Part shown: in pieces, positions 39,741 to 48,381 of the stretch
Layout: every line of letters starts with the position of its first letter
How positions within the stretch are numbered: the first letter of the stretch is position 1
Source: a bacterium
GTDB lineage: Bacteria; Bacteroidota; Ignavibacteria; Kapaibacteriales; UBA7675
Reading direction: 5' to 3'
Length of the DNA: 64,000 bases
Assembly: GCA_030430495.1 (NCBI GenBank)
Contig: JAUIKM010000001.1
Coordinates: 202,447-266,446, forward strand
Position numbers and translations under genes: made by a program
The notes under the pieces: generated by a model
Database searches by the model: none
What the model saw: the letters and a program-made list of their open reading frames with translations, nothing else
What the model was told of the DNA's origin: nothing

Positions 39741-41639
39741 ATGCGGGACAACGGGCACTACCTGACTGTGGATTCGGCTCTTGCGCGGGCCGAAGTGTTG
39801 CTTGCATCGGAGGACCTTGCGTCCGCCGAGAACATGGCGGCGCACGCCCTGCGTTCACACACCGCGGCATCACCCGCCACCGAAGACCGCATATCCCACG
39901 TGCGCACTCAGGCTCGCATCCTGCTGGTTATCAGCCGTTGTCGACGTCGCAACGACTACAAGGCCGGCTTTGATCTGATGCGCGACATTTGCAATCTCTA
40001 CACATCAATCGGTCGCCGCGATGAAGCGGTCGAAGTCCTCAGGTCCGAGGCGCAACTCATTGAAAAATTTGGTGATACGGAGATTGTCTCCAGTTATTAC
40101 GCTCTGCTTCTGCAGATTCTGACCGAGCTGGACGACCGCGAGACGCTCACTCGAATTCATCTGAAAGCCGGTAATTTTGTCTTTAACCGCGGGCGGTATC
40201 CCGAGTCACGCGCGCACTACGTAGCGGCCCTGAAACTGGCGCGCGACAACCAGTTCGTCCGTCTGGAAGCCGACGCCCACCTCAACATGGGCAACGTTCA
40301 TTGGGCCGGCGGCGATTACGACGAGGCCCTCCAATGTTATCTGCAGGCGGAAGAACACTACAGTCGAATCGGCGAAATACGCGCCCGCGGCGATGTGTAT
40401 AACAATGTCGGTGCGATCTACCTTTACCAGGGCGAATACGCGCTTGTCCTCGAATATTTCCTCAAGGCCCTCAACATCCGCCAGGAAGCGGGCGACTGGA
40501 AACGCGTCGCCGGCTCGCTGCTGAACATCGGCAACGTGTATTTTCACCTGGGGCACGAGGCTTCCGCTTTTGAATACTACCTGCAGAGTAAAAATCTCTA
40601 CGAACGGCACGACGACCGTCCCGGTCTGGCCGAGTTGCTGGTCAATATCGGGGCGGTGTACGAACGCACCAATAACCGCGATCTGGCGCTGCAAGCTTAT
40701 CGCAAAAGCGTTGAACTGCGCAGGGAATGCGGACTGGAAGCGCTGCTGGCCACAACACTGATCAATATTGCCATTGTTCACATGAACAGCGGCGACTACC
40801 AAAGCGCCGTGGAGCACGCGCAGCAGGCGCTGGCGAAAGCGCGGGAGAACAATGATCTGCGCGTGCAGAGCTACGCCATCCATTGCATCGGCGAAGCCAA
40901 AATGAAAAGCGGCGAGCGCCGCGCCGCGCGCGAGCATCTGGAACAGGCGCTCGAAATCCGGCGGCGGCTGGGATACCGCTCCGGCGAGGCCGAAACGCTG
41001 AATGCCATCGCCGAACTGGAAATGATCGAAGACGATCCGGAATCCGCGCTGTCAACAATAGATGAGGCGCTTCTGACCGCGCGCGAGCTGCACGAAAAAC
41101 CGCGCGAACTGGAGCTCCTGCTCAAATCCGCGCGCTGCCGCGAGCAATGCGGCCGGCTGCGCGAAGCTCTGGACGATCACCACAAAGCCAATGAATTGCG
41201 AACGCAGATCGAACGCGACAAAAACAGTCAGCTGCTCACAAACCTGCAGGTGGCGCATCAGATGGAAGACATGCGGCGCAACAAAGACGGCGCTCACCGG
41301 CGCGTGCAGGAGCTGGAACAGGAGATCGGCGCGCTGGAGACACAACGGCGTGCATTGGAAGCGCGCGAGCGGGACCGCAGCGAGTCCTTGCGCGTCATCT
41401 CACACGACCTGCGCAAGTCGCTCAAGAACATCAGCGACGCGCTGCGCCGCCAACCGGAGTCCGTGGAAACCGGCCGAACGACGGCGGCGGGAAAGGACAA
41501 TCGCCATCTGGCCGAGTCGATTCGGCAGACGGGCAAGGTGGTGGCCGGACTGGAAGAACTGTTGATTCCGCCTGTCGCAACCGGCGACAATGGCCTGGAT
41601 GAAAGCGACCGAATTGACACAAAACAAAAAAAGTCTTAA
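39741..41639 (+). CDS. TPR-repeat protein with C-terminal coiled coil and HisKA-like DHp box (RVISHDLRKSLKNIS) but no ATPase domain
   Basis: Multiple TPR units (YNNVGAIYLYQGEYALVLEYFLKALNI..., LLNIGNVYFHLGHEASAFEYYLQS...). An H-box-like motif sits ~70 aa before the stop. There is no HATPase_c, and there are only 130 nt before the next gene. Confidence 0.75.
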   Translation: MRDNGHYLTVDSALARAEVLLASEDLASAENMAAHALRSHTAASPATEDRISHVRTQARILLVISRCRRRNDYKAGFDLMRDICNLYTSIGRRDEAVEVLRSEAQLIEKFGDTEIVSSYYALLLQILTELDDRETLTRIHLKAGNFVFNRGRYPESRAHYVAALKLARDNQFVRLEADAHLNMGNVHWAGGDYDEALQCYLQAEEHYSRIGEIRARGDVYNNVGAIYLYQGEYALVLEYFLKALNIRQEAGDWKRVAGSLLNIGNVYFHLGHEASAFEYYLQSKNLYERHDDRPGLAELLVNIGAVYERTNNRDLALQAYRKSVELRRECGLEALLATTLINIAIVHMNSGDYQSAVEHAQQALAKARENNDLRVQSYAIHCIGEAKMKSGERRAAREHLEQALEIRRRLGYRSGEAETLNAIAELEMIEDDPESALSTIDEALLTARELHEKPRELELLLKSARCREQCGRLREALDDHHKANELRTQIERDKNSQLLTNLQVAHQMEDMRRNKDGAHRRVQELEQEIGALETQRRALEARERDRSESLRVISHDLRKSLKNISDALRRQPESVETGRTTAAGKDNRHLAESIRQTGKVVAGLEELLIPPVATGDNGLDESDRIDTKQKKS

Positions 41640-41772
41640 TATCGCCGCGTTTTGACCGTCCTCGCGGTATAGCTTTTTGCTGTCGCCGTGTAACTGACGC
41701 GGTCGAATTCCTATCCCGGCATCAACGATTTTGATTTGATAACTGTAACACAAAACCTCAGTTGGAGGAAGA

Positions 41773-42396
41773 ATGCGTAAACTCATCATTTTGGCATTGG
41801 CGATGACGCTGGCTCTGCCCGCTGCGTTCAATGCACAAACCTCGGGTAAATCGAAGAATATGCTCACAGCTCTGATCAAGACAACTGCCGGCGATATCAA
41901 GCTGGAATTGTACGGCAAGGAAACGCCGCTTACCGTAGCGAATTTTGTCAACCTGGCGCGCCGCGGATACTACGACGGCATCGTTTTCCATCGCGTTATC
42001 GCCAACTTCATGATCCAGGGCGGCGACCCGACGGGCACCGGCAGCGGCGGCCCCGGTTATCGTTTTGAAGATGAATTTGTGCCGCAGCTGCGTCACAACA
42101 GCGCCGGCATCCTGTCCATGGCCAATGCGGGCCCGGGCACAAACGGCAGCCAGTTTTTCATTACACACCTGCCCACGCCGCACCTTGACGATCATCATAC
42201 GGTCTTCGGCAAAGTTGTGGATGAAGCGAGCCAGGACGCGGTCAACGCCGTTCGCCAGGGCGCTAAAATCGTTTCGGTGACGATTGAAGGCGATGTTCCG
42301 GCCGAAGTCAAAGCAGTTCAAAAACGCGTTGACGAGTGGAACAAAGTCCTCGATCAGAAATTCCCGGACAAACTGAAGCCGGCGACGCCGCTCTGA
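41773..42396 (+). CDS. Cyclophilin-type peptidyl-prolyl cis-trans isomerase, periplasmic (PpiA-like) with signal peptide
   Basis: [31 protein letters not shown]...[36 protein letters not shown]-terminal [22 protein letters not shown]. Confidence 0.9.
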   Translation: MRKLIILALAMTLALPAAFNAQTSGKSKNMLTALIKTTAGDIKLELYGKETPLTVANFVNLARRGYYDGIVFHRVIANFMIQGGDPTGTGSGGPGYRFEDEFVPQLRHNSAGILSMANAGPGTNGSQFFITHLPTPHLDDHHTVFGKVVDEASQDAVNAVRQGAKIVSVTIEGDVPAEVKAVQKRVDEWNKVLDQKFPDKLKPATPL

Positions 42397-42435
42397 TAGT
42401 TTGAGTCGCGGGTGCTGTAGATACCCGCACCAGTC

Positions 42436-42483
42436 AAAACAACAAAGTCCCGCAGCATTGAAGCTGCGGGACTTTGTTGTTTT
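42436..42483. terminator. 18-bp perfect hairpin acaacaaagtcccgcagc-attgaa-gctgcgggactttgttgt with flanking A/T runs, between convergent cyclophilin and LTXXQ genes
   Basis: Inverted repeat read directly. It is preceded by a second short hairpin gcgggt-gctgtagat-acccgc. Confidence 0.65.
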
Positions 42484-42595
42484 AACCCATTTCGATTTTC
42501 CATCGTGCTTGATCACACCCTTGTTCTCTTGCATCATCCTGTTTTACTCTTTCAGGCCACGAATACCGCAGGGGAGTTCAGCGGGCTGCCGCGCA

Positions 42596-43705
42596 TCAGC
42601 CGCGGTCGCGTCCGTGACCGTGGCGGCGGACCGGACGATCGTCGCAGGGCCATTCACCGGTTTCCTGCCAGGAGTTCCAGATTTCAAGCTGCTCGTCGGT
42701 CAGGATGCTTTCGATGTCCGCCAGCAGAGCGTCGCGGGCGGCGGCGATTGCGTCGGCCAGTTCCTGGCGAGCGGCGGCCAGCGCTTCTTCATCAATTTCA
42801 GCGCCGCGCAGCTTGGCGAGCAGGTCGTGCAGTTCCGCTTTCAGCTCGCGCGCTTCGGCATTGTTGTCCGCCTGGGCGTCGCTGATAGCCTGGCGAATTT
42901 CGCGCAGCTGGGCGTTGAGTTCTTCGATGTCGGCGCCGGTACTTTGGCGCAGGGCGGCCAGCAGGTCGTGGTACTCTTCGCGTGTAATGTCGCCGTTGCG
43001 CAGTTGCATTTGCAGATCGCGCGCCTGTGACTGCATTTCGCGTTTCAGTTCGTTGATCTCAGTGATCAGTTCGGACATTTGTTCGCGGTACTCCGCGGCA
43101 ATCTCGTCGTTGGCCGCTTTGATTTCCTCCAGGCGCTCGCGGATTTCTTCCATGCGCGCCTGCTCTTCTTCGGTCAGTTCGGAGGCATCGGTTTTTAAGC
43201 CACGGACGGTTTCCTGATAAGAAGCGTATGCTTCGTGCACAGCTTCGCGGTACGTTGCCAGGAATCCGGCAATCGTTTCTTTCTGCGTGTCATCGATGTC
43301 GAGGCAGGGGAAGGGAATAGCCGCGAAGCGCATGGCCACATCGCCGCCTTTTCCGCGGTCATTGTCTTTTCCGCGGTCATTGCCTTTTCCGCGGTCATTG
43401 TCTTTTCCGCGTCCACGATCGTCGCCGTTGCCGTCGCGATCGCGCTCATCGCCGTCGTAGCCGATTCCGCCGCCGCCGAAGCCAAGCGGCAGGTCGTCGG
43501 CGACTTCACCGATCAGTTCATCGAGCGAGATGTCCTGGAGGTCGTTTTGTTGAACTACAATTCCAGAAGCTTCGTCGCCGCTCATCAGATTGGAGCTGTC
43601 GTCGCAGGCGGTCGTAAACATGACGCCGCCGCCCAGGAAAGCAATCAGCATCAGCCGAATGCCGGTCCGTGTTCCACGTTTCGTTCTCATAATATGCTGG
43701 TCCAT
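42596..43705 (-). CDS. Periplasmic LTXXQ-motif (Spy/CpxP-like) coiled-coil lipoprotein with internal (DNDRGK)n repeat
   Basis: Lipoprotein signal LIAFLGGGVMFTTAC. LTEEEQ and LTDEQ motifs in a long helical region. The repeat is encoded by an 18-nt tandem ttttccgcggtcattgYc x3.5 at ~43348-43420. Confidence 0.6.
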   Translation of the reverse strand: MDQHIMRTKRGTRTGIRLMLIAFLGGGVMFTTACDDSSNLMSGDEASGIVVQQNDLQDISLDELIGEVADDLPLGFGGGGIGYDGDERDRDGNGDDRGRGKDNDRGKGNDRGKDNDRGKGGDVAMRFAAIPFPCLDIDDTQKETIAGFLATYREAVHEAYASYQETVRGLKTDASELTEEEQARMEEIRERLEEIKAANDEIAAEYREQMSELITEINELKREMQSQARDLQMQLRNGDITREEYHDLLAALRQSTGADIEELNAQLREIRQAISDAQADNNAEARELKAELHDLLAKLRGAEIDEEALAAARQELADAIAAARDALLADIESILTDEQLEIWNSWQETGEWPCDDRPVRRHGHGRDRG

Positions 43706-43929
43706 TCTCGTTAAACAATCCGCGCCGTATTCTGGAAGCGCTCGGGGAAAGAAATGCGCGATAGATTTTGCTTGTTACAGCAAATTTGAACAAAAATTGA
43801 TTCGGCTCGATTTTCAGTCCGGTTTTGCCGTTGAACAGCATTCAGTATTTTTGTCTGGCCTGAACGCCCGAAGCATCACACAGGATGCACAAACTCAACC
43901 TATAGACAATTGCATGCCGTTCATCCCGA

Positions 43930-44553
43930 TTGACCCCGGTTTTTTTTCGTGTAACATCGATATGCCGTCGTGCATTTCTGCTGGAGTCGATGATGAAGTC
44001 AATTGATTATCCGGCTCTGAGTGACGAAGACCTGTTTGAACTGGTCAAGCGTCACAACGACAAAGTCGCCTTCGATGTGCTCTATAAACGCTACGATCGC
44101 CGTCTGTTTTCCTACTGCCTGCGGGCGATGGAAGACCGGGACGAAGCCAAAGATGTGTACCAGCAGGCAATCATGAATATCTATGCCAAGCGGGACACCT
44201 TCAAAGGCGGTAGCTACGTAGCCTGGTTAATGACCATCGTTCGCAATCAGTGCCTGATGGCCAAGCGCGGCAAAAAGTACACGCGCGACGTCGATGAAAT
44301 GCAGAACGTCCTCGTGGCGAGCGACTCCGTCGGCGCGACCGACCACGGACTCAACGAAGCGGTACACAAAGCCGTTGACTCATTACCGGCGGATTTCAAA
44401 GAAGTTGTCGCGATGCGCTACTTCGATGAATTTTCTTACGAACAGATCGCCCAGACACTGGGAATTTCGATGTCTCTTGTCAAAGTGCGTCTGTTTCGAG
44501 CTAAAAAACTGTTGCTTGAAGCACTGTCTCCATATCGGGAGGAGCTTCTATGA
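43930..44553 (+). CDS. ECF-type sigma-70 factor (RpoE-like)
   Basis: Region 2 (YQQAIMNIYAKRDTFKGGSYVAWLMTIVRNQC). Region 4 HTH (VVAMRYFDEFSYEQIAQTLGISMSLVKVRLFRAKKLL). The probable true start is MMKSIDY near 43990. Confidence 0.85.
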   Translation: MTPVFFRVTSICRRAFLLESMMKSIDYPALSDEDLFELVKRHNDKVAFDVLYKRYDRRLFSYCLRAMEDRDEAKDVYQQAIMNIYAKRDTFKGGSYVAWLMTIVRNQCLMAKRGKKYTRDVDEMQNVLVASDSVGATDHGLNEAVHKAVDSLPADFKEVVAMRYFDEFSYEQIAQTLGISMSLVKVRLFRAKKLLLEALSPYREELL

Positions 44554-45479
44554 ATCGCGATGAACTCATGGCAAAATATCTGGACGGCAGCCTCAATGCC
44601 GACGAACAGGCGCATCTGCAGTCACTGCTGGATTCGTCGCCTGAGATGGCCGAAGAGTTGCGCGCGCTGGAAGGGCTGGAACAGGCTCTGGCCGCGGGCG
44701 CGCCGTCGCTGGCCGCCGTCGATCTCGGCTTTCTTGACGAGGTCGGTCGTCGCGCAACGGATATGATTCCGGCTGCGCCGCCCGCGGGAGGCGGTCTGGA
44801 ATCGATCGGCGCCAAACTGGGCGGAAGCATTGCCGCCAAAATCGCCGGTATCGGCGGCGCGATCATCGTCGCCGGCGGCGCAGGTGTCGCCGTCTGGCAG
44901 ATGCAGTCGACCGACGATCTTTCCGCTCCGGCGCAGGCGACGGAGCAAATCGTCACCGACATCGACGAGGCTCCCTCGACGCTGCGGGACCTGGAACAGC
45001 CGCCGGACGAATTGCCGCCGGATGCAACGACACAAGCCGACGACGAGTCGTTTGAACCGCAAGCCGACGTCGAACACAATGCGGCGTCGAATTCACACTC
45101 CGATGCTGACGGCGTCGAAAACATGGATAAAAGCCAGGCGGAAACGCAGTCCGGTTTGACAGATCTGCCGCAAGCGGACGCTCCGACCAACGCAACCACG
45201 GAAGATGCCGAGTCCGGTACGGTGCACGGCGATGTGGAGAGCGAGGCGGCCCTGTTTAATCGGGATCTGCAGCGGCTGAACCAGAAGTTCCGCGCGGCGC
45301 AGACGGCGGGGGACAAAGCGACGCTGGCGCAGACGGCGCTGCAACTGGGCAAGCTGCTGGAAGGGCGCAATGCGGCGGACAGCCGAAAATACTACGAGTT
45401 GGCCGTCAGTTTTGCCGGCAAGGCCGGGCTGCGGGAAGTGGAACAGGCTGCGCGGCTGGCGCTCGACGGCATGAAGTAA
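44550..45479 (+). CDS. Putative anti-sigma factor (N-terminal anti-sigma helix, low-complexity acidic linker, C-terminal TPR-like segment)
   Basis: Its start overlaps the sigma gene stop (ATGA). N-terminus MNRDELMAKYLDGSLNADEQAHLQSLLDSSPEMAEELRALEGLEQAL is typical of RskA/ChrR-type anti-sigma N-domains. Confidence 0.6.
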   Translation: MNRDELMAKYLDGSLNADEQAHLQSLLDSSPEMAEELRALEGLEQALAAGAPSLAAVDLGFLDEVGRRATDMIPAAPPAGGGLESIGAKLGGSIAAKIAGIGGAIIVAGGAGVAVWQMQSTDDLSAPAQATEQIVTDIDEAPSTLRDLEQPPDELPPDATTQADDESFEPQADVEHNAASNSHSDADGVENMDKSQAETQSGLTDLPQADAPTNATTEDAESGTVHGDVESEAALFNRDLQRLNQKFRAAQTAGDKATLAQTALQLGKLLEGRNAADSRKYYELAVSFAGKAGLREVEQAARLALDGMK

Positions 45480-45607
45480 ATTCGGGCACACTTCTGCACA
45501 CCGTCGTATGCAAAATACGGATGCAAACGGGACTCAATTTTGGGTCCCGTTTTTTGTTTAAGCGCCGTGCGGGCGACCGCTTGTACACGTGAACGGCTAC
45601 GTTCATG

Positions 45608-45842
45608 CGCGAAAACTGCCCGTTGGCGTTTTTCCGCTTGTGTGGCCGGCGACGTGAGTGCATGTTACCGGGGTCGAACCTGCCGGAGGGTTCGGCCGCG
45701 CCACGCCGGGGAAGCCGCAAGGAGGCAGGCTCTGCTCAAAAAAAATACCGCGTCGCACGGGGCGGATGGACCGTGGTTTGATGTCGAAAAAAGTGGGAAA
45801 AGTGGCAAGGCGGAGGAGGGGGTGGGGCCCATTTATTGGGCC
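45608..45842. other. Conserved intergenic structured element, family A copy 2 (5' gcgaaaactgcccgttggcgtttttccgc ... 3' ggcggaggagggggtggggcccatttattgggcc)
   Basis: Shares 5' and 3' blocks with 9723-9932. Its internal imperfect hairpin ggtcgaacc...ggttcggcc and A-run are placed as in copy 1. Convergent intergenic location. Confidence 0.4.
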
Positions 45843-46299
45843 AAACTTTCACCCAAATTGTTGCCTAGGCAACATTCTCCGCTTAAAAACTGCTCAATAT
45901 TGCCGAATTTCGCCTGTTTATTAACCCCGCAGTTTTGGTCTCTTTCATCCAGACCGGACGTTCCAGCGCATCAAAATGGCATTTCGGTCCAATGTTCCTG
46001 TGTAGCACGCTGTTTTGAGCACTTTTTGTTCGTTCGGCGCCGGCCGACCACGATTACTCTGCCCTTTTGCTTTCGCTTTTTACTCGCCTTGACCGCTATT
46101 TTACCGGACGCTGAATGCCACATCGCCCTGACCGCTTTGAGCTCTCACTGCCGTTCGGCTCAGGCTCTTTTGACTCTTTTGTTTGTCATTGAGCTTTAAA
46201 CTTCGGGTTCACAGTTGTCTTGAGTTAAACAGACGCAAAACCGAAAACCCGTCCCACAGTGACAAACAAAAGAAACAAACAAGCCGCCGAACAAGTGAG

Positions 46300-46425
46300 G
46301 AGGCGAAGTGTCAGGAGACAAGAAGTGAAATGTCAGGCGTCGGAAATCGAAGTGTCAGGAGACAAGAAGTGAAATGTCAGGCGTCAGAAGGCAAACGTCA
46401 GAAGGCAAACGTCAGGAGTTAAACA
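46300..46425. repeat. Tandem repeats: ~42-nt unit (gaagtgtcaggagacaagaagtgaaatgtcaggcgtc) x2 then agaaggcaaacgtc x2; GTCAGG recurs 6 times
   Basis: Read directly. It lies immediately downstream (3' side) of the 46430-48358 gene. It is preceded by a 16-nt inverted repeat cttttgtttgtcaYtg (46176-91 / 46260-75). Confidence 0.6.
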
Positions 46426-46429
46426 CGCG

Positions 46430-48358
46430 TCATTCCTCAACGCTGAAAACCAGAAGGCCCTGACGCGGCGCCGGAGCCTGAATCCTGCGTTTTGTGTCCA
46501 GCAAAGTCGTTTCCAGTTCGGCGGCGTTTAAAGTATGCCGGCCCAGTTCGCCACGGCGCGGAAATTCCTGCATGTTAAACGCGCCGGACAGCTCGCTCAG
46601 GAAGGTGTGAGCCTGGTTGAACGCCTCGATCGACGGTAAATTTTCAGCGCCGAACAGAATCAGCTCGCGCCGCCGCTGTTGCACCACCTCGTTGCCGCTT
46701 TCGCCCTGACGAAATCGCAACACGCCGCTGCCGATAATCTCCTGGCGGCCGCTGGAATCGACTACGCTGAACTCGTAAAGCGTCTGCTGGTCTACCAGTG
46801 CGCTCATGTCGTAGGCAAAGTCGATCGGCACGTCGAGACGCGAAGGTGGAATGCCCTCGCCGCCGATGGAATCGACCGCAAAACCGTTAAAACGCAGCAC
46901 GATCGACCAGGATGTTAAACCCGCCTCCGAAATAATGTCGGACGCAAAACGAACCACCGGCGTCGGGCCGAGTGAAATTGTGTCGCTCGTGCGCAGGAAG
47001 CGCGAGCCGTCCGCAAAAACGGCGTTGATGCGCAGGGCGTCGTCCAGTTTAACTACGTTGCTGTTTAAGGGCCGCAGTTCGATCGCATTGCCGCCGGCGC
47101 GCTCCACCATGTCCCTTAACATCTGCGCCTGGACCAGCGCCGATGCGCCTTTTTGGCCCAGCGAGTGATAACTGATGGAAATGTGCCCGCCCTCTTTCAA
47201 GGCCTGTCCGATATTCCGCGGCAGCTCCCTGTACTGCGCGTAGAGCGGGTCGAGCCGCGCCATCATTGTGTTGAAGTCGCTCGTGCGCATCGGTGTAAAT
47301 GAGGTTGGAACCTGGACAAGGCGCTCCACAAGCGTCGGTTTGAGTTCGAGCGTCAACGCGTCGCTTTCACTGCCGTCGCTGCCGACAAACTTTGCCGCGA
47401 CGCTGCCCGTCAGCAGTGGTTCCGGCGCGGGAATTTCCTGCAGCCACTCCTCGAAGACCTGGATTAAAACATAGCGTTCCGTCTCGCCTTCGACCGAGGT
47501 TTGTTCCTCGCGCCGCAAGCGCAGTGTCATGCGTTCGCCCGCGATCCCGTAGGTCAGCGACATCGATGTGTCGCGCTGAAAAATCGTGTCGCGGCGGATG
47601 TGTTTATCGGGCCGGGCGCCGAATGCCAGCGCCACGCCGCCGCGGATCGACCAGGTTTTCCATTCCGTTTCTTCGACGATGTTGTTAAGTCCGATCAGCA
47701 GATCGACGGAAGGGCGCAGCACCGCGTCGGCGCCGCCAATCGGAATGTCGTAGCCGAGTGCGGCGTGCAGCGAAGCCTGTACGTTCATCGATTCAACCGC
47801 GCCGGTTTTTTCCGGGAATTCGTAGACGAGTCCGGTGCCCGTCGGCAGGCGCTGCTGCTGGTCGTAAAATGTCGAAGTAAAAAAGGACAAGTGTGCGCCG
47901 AGCGTCAGCCAGGGCCAGTAGGGCTCGCGCCAGGCCAGATAGGGCTCAAGAGCAAAGGCGTCGAGTTCCGTCAACAGATCGTGCGTGAAAAAGGTGTTGA
48001 ACGGCGCGTCGCTGACCAGAATGGTCGTGGCTTCCAAGGCGCGGAACTGCGGCTGATAGCGCTGGTACTCCGCGCGCAGTCCGGCGTGAAACGGCACGCC
48101 AAGCGGAAATTCAACAAAACCGTGCAGCGCAAAATTGACTTCGCTCGTGTCGCCGAAAGGCGCTTCCGGCTTGGGTACGCCCGGCAGATTGTTGAAGTCG
48201 GCGGAGTGTGAGACTTCGCCGACGGAGATGCCGCCGCCGTACTGCGCGTCCCCCGAACGCGCCGACGCGCGCGAAGTTGACAGGACCGCACACAAACAGC
48301 CGATTAAACAGCCGAACAGAATATTGCGAATGGGGAAACTTGGCGTCGGTGCCGGCAT
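46430..48358 (-). CDS. Hypothetical secreted/outer-membrane protein (642 aa) with signal peptide; N-terminal half beta-rich
   Basis: MPAPTPSFPIRNILFGCLIGCLCAVLSTSRASA signal. No family recognised. 24 nt downstream of the T9SS cargo gene. Confidence 0.6.
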   Translation of the reverse strand: MPAPTPSFPIRNILFGCLIGCLCAVLSTSRASARSGDAQYGGGISVGEVSHSADFNNLPGVPKPEAPFGDTSEVNFALHGFVEFPLGVPFHAGLRAEYQRYQPQFRALEATTILVSDAPFNTFFTHDLLTELDAFALEPYLAWREPYWPWLTLGAHLSFFTSTFYDQQQRLPTGTGLVYEFPEKTGAVESMNVQASLHAALGYDIPIGGADAVLRPSVDLLIGLNNIVEETEWKTWSIRGGVALAFGARPDKHIRRDTIFQRDTSMSLTYGIAGERMTLRLRREEQTSVEGETERYVLIQVFEEWLQEIPAPEPLLTGSVAAKFVGSDGSESDALTLELKPTLVERLVQVPTSFTPMRTSDFNTMMARLDPLYAQYRELPRNIGQALKEGGHISISYHSLGQKGASALVQAQMLRDMVERAGGNAIELRPLNSNVVKLDDALRINAVFADGSRFLRTSDTISLGPTPVVRFASDIISEAGLTSWSIVLRFNGFAVDSIGGEGIPPSRLDVPIDFAYDMSALVDQQTLYEFSVVDSSGRQEIIGSGVLRFRQGESGNEVVQQRRRELILFGAENLPSIEAFNQAHTFLSELSGAFNMQEFPRRGELGRHTLNAAELETTLLDTKRRIQAPAPRQGLLVFSVEE

Positions 48359-48381
48359 AGTGTGCTGGTATTGTGGTCGAA

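Noticed and set aside
45540-46199. 219-aa plus-strand ORF in the gene-free region after the anti-sigma gene
   Set aside because: It runs across the family A element and the inverted repeat. It is Cys/Arg-rich low complexity with no motifs. Its codon usage is unlike neighbouring genes.
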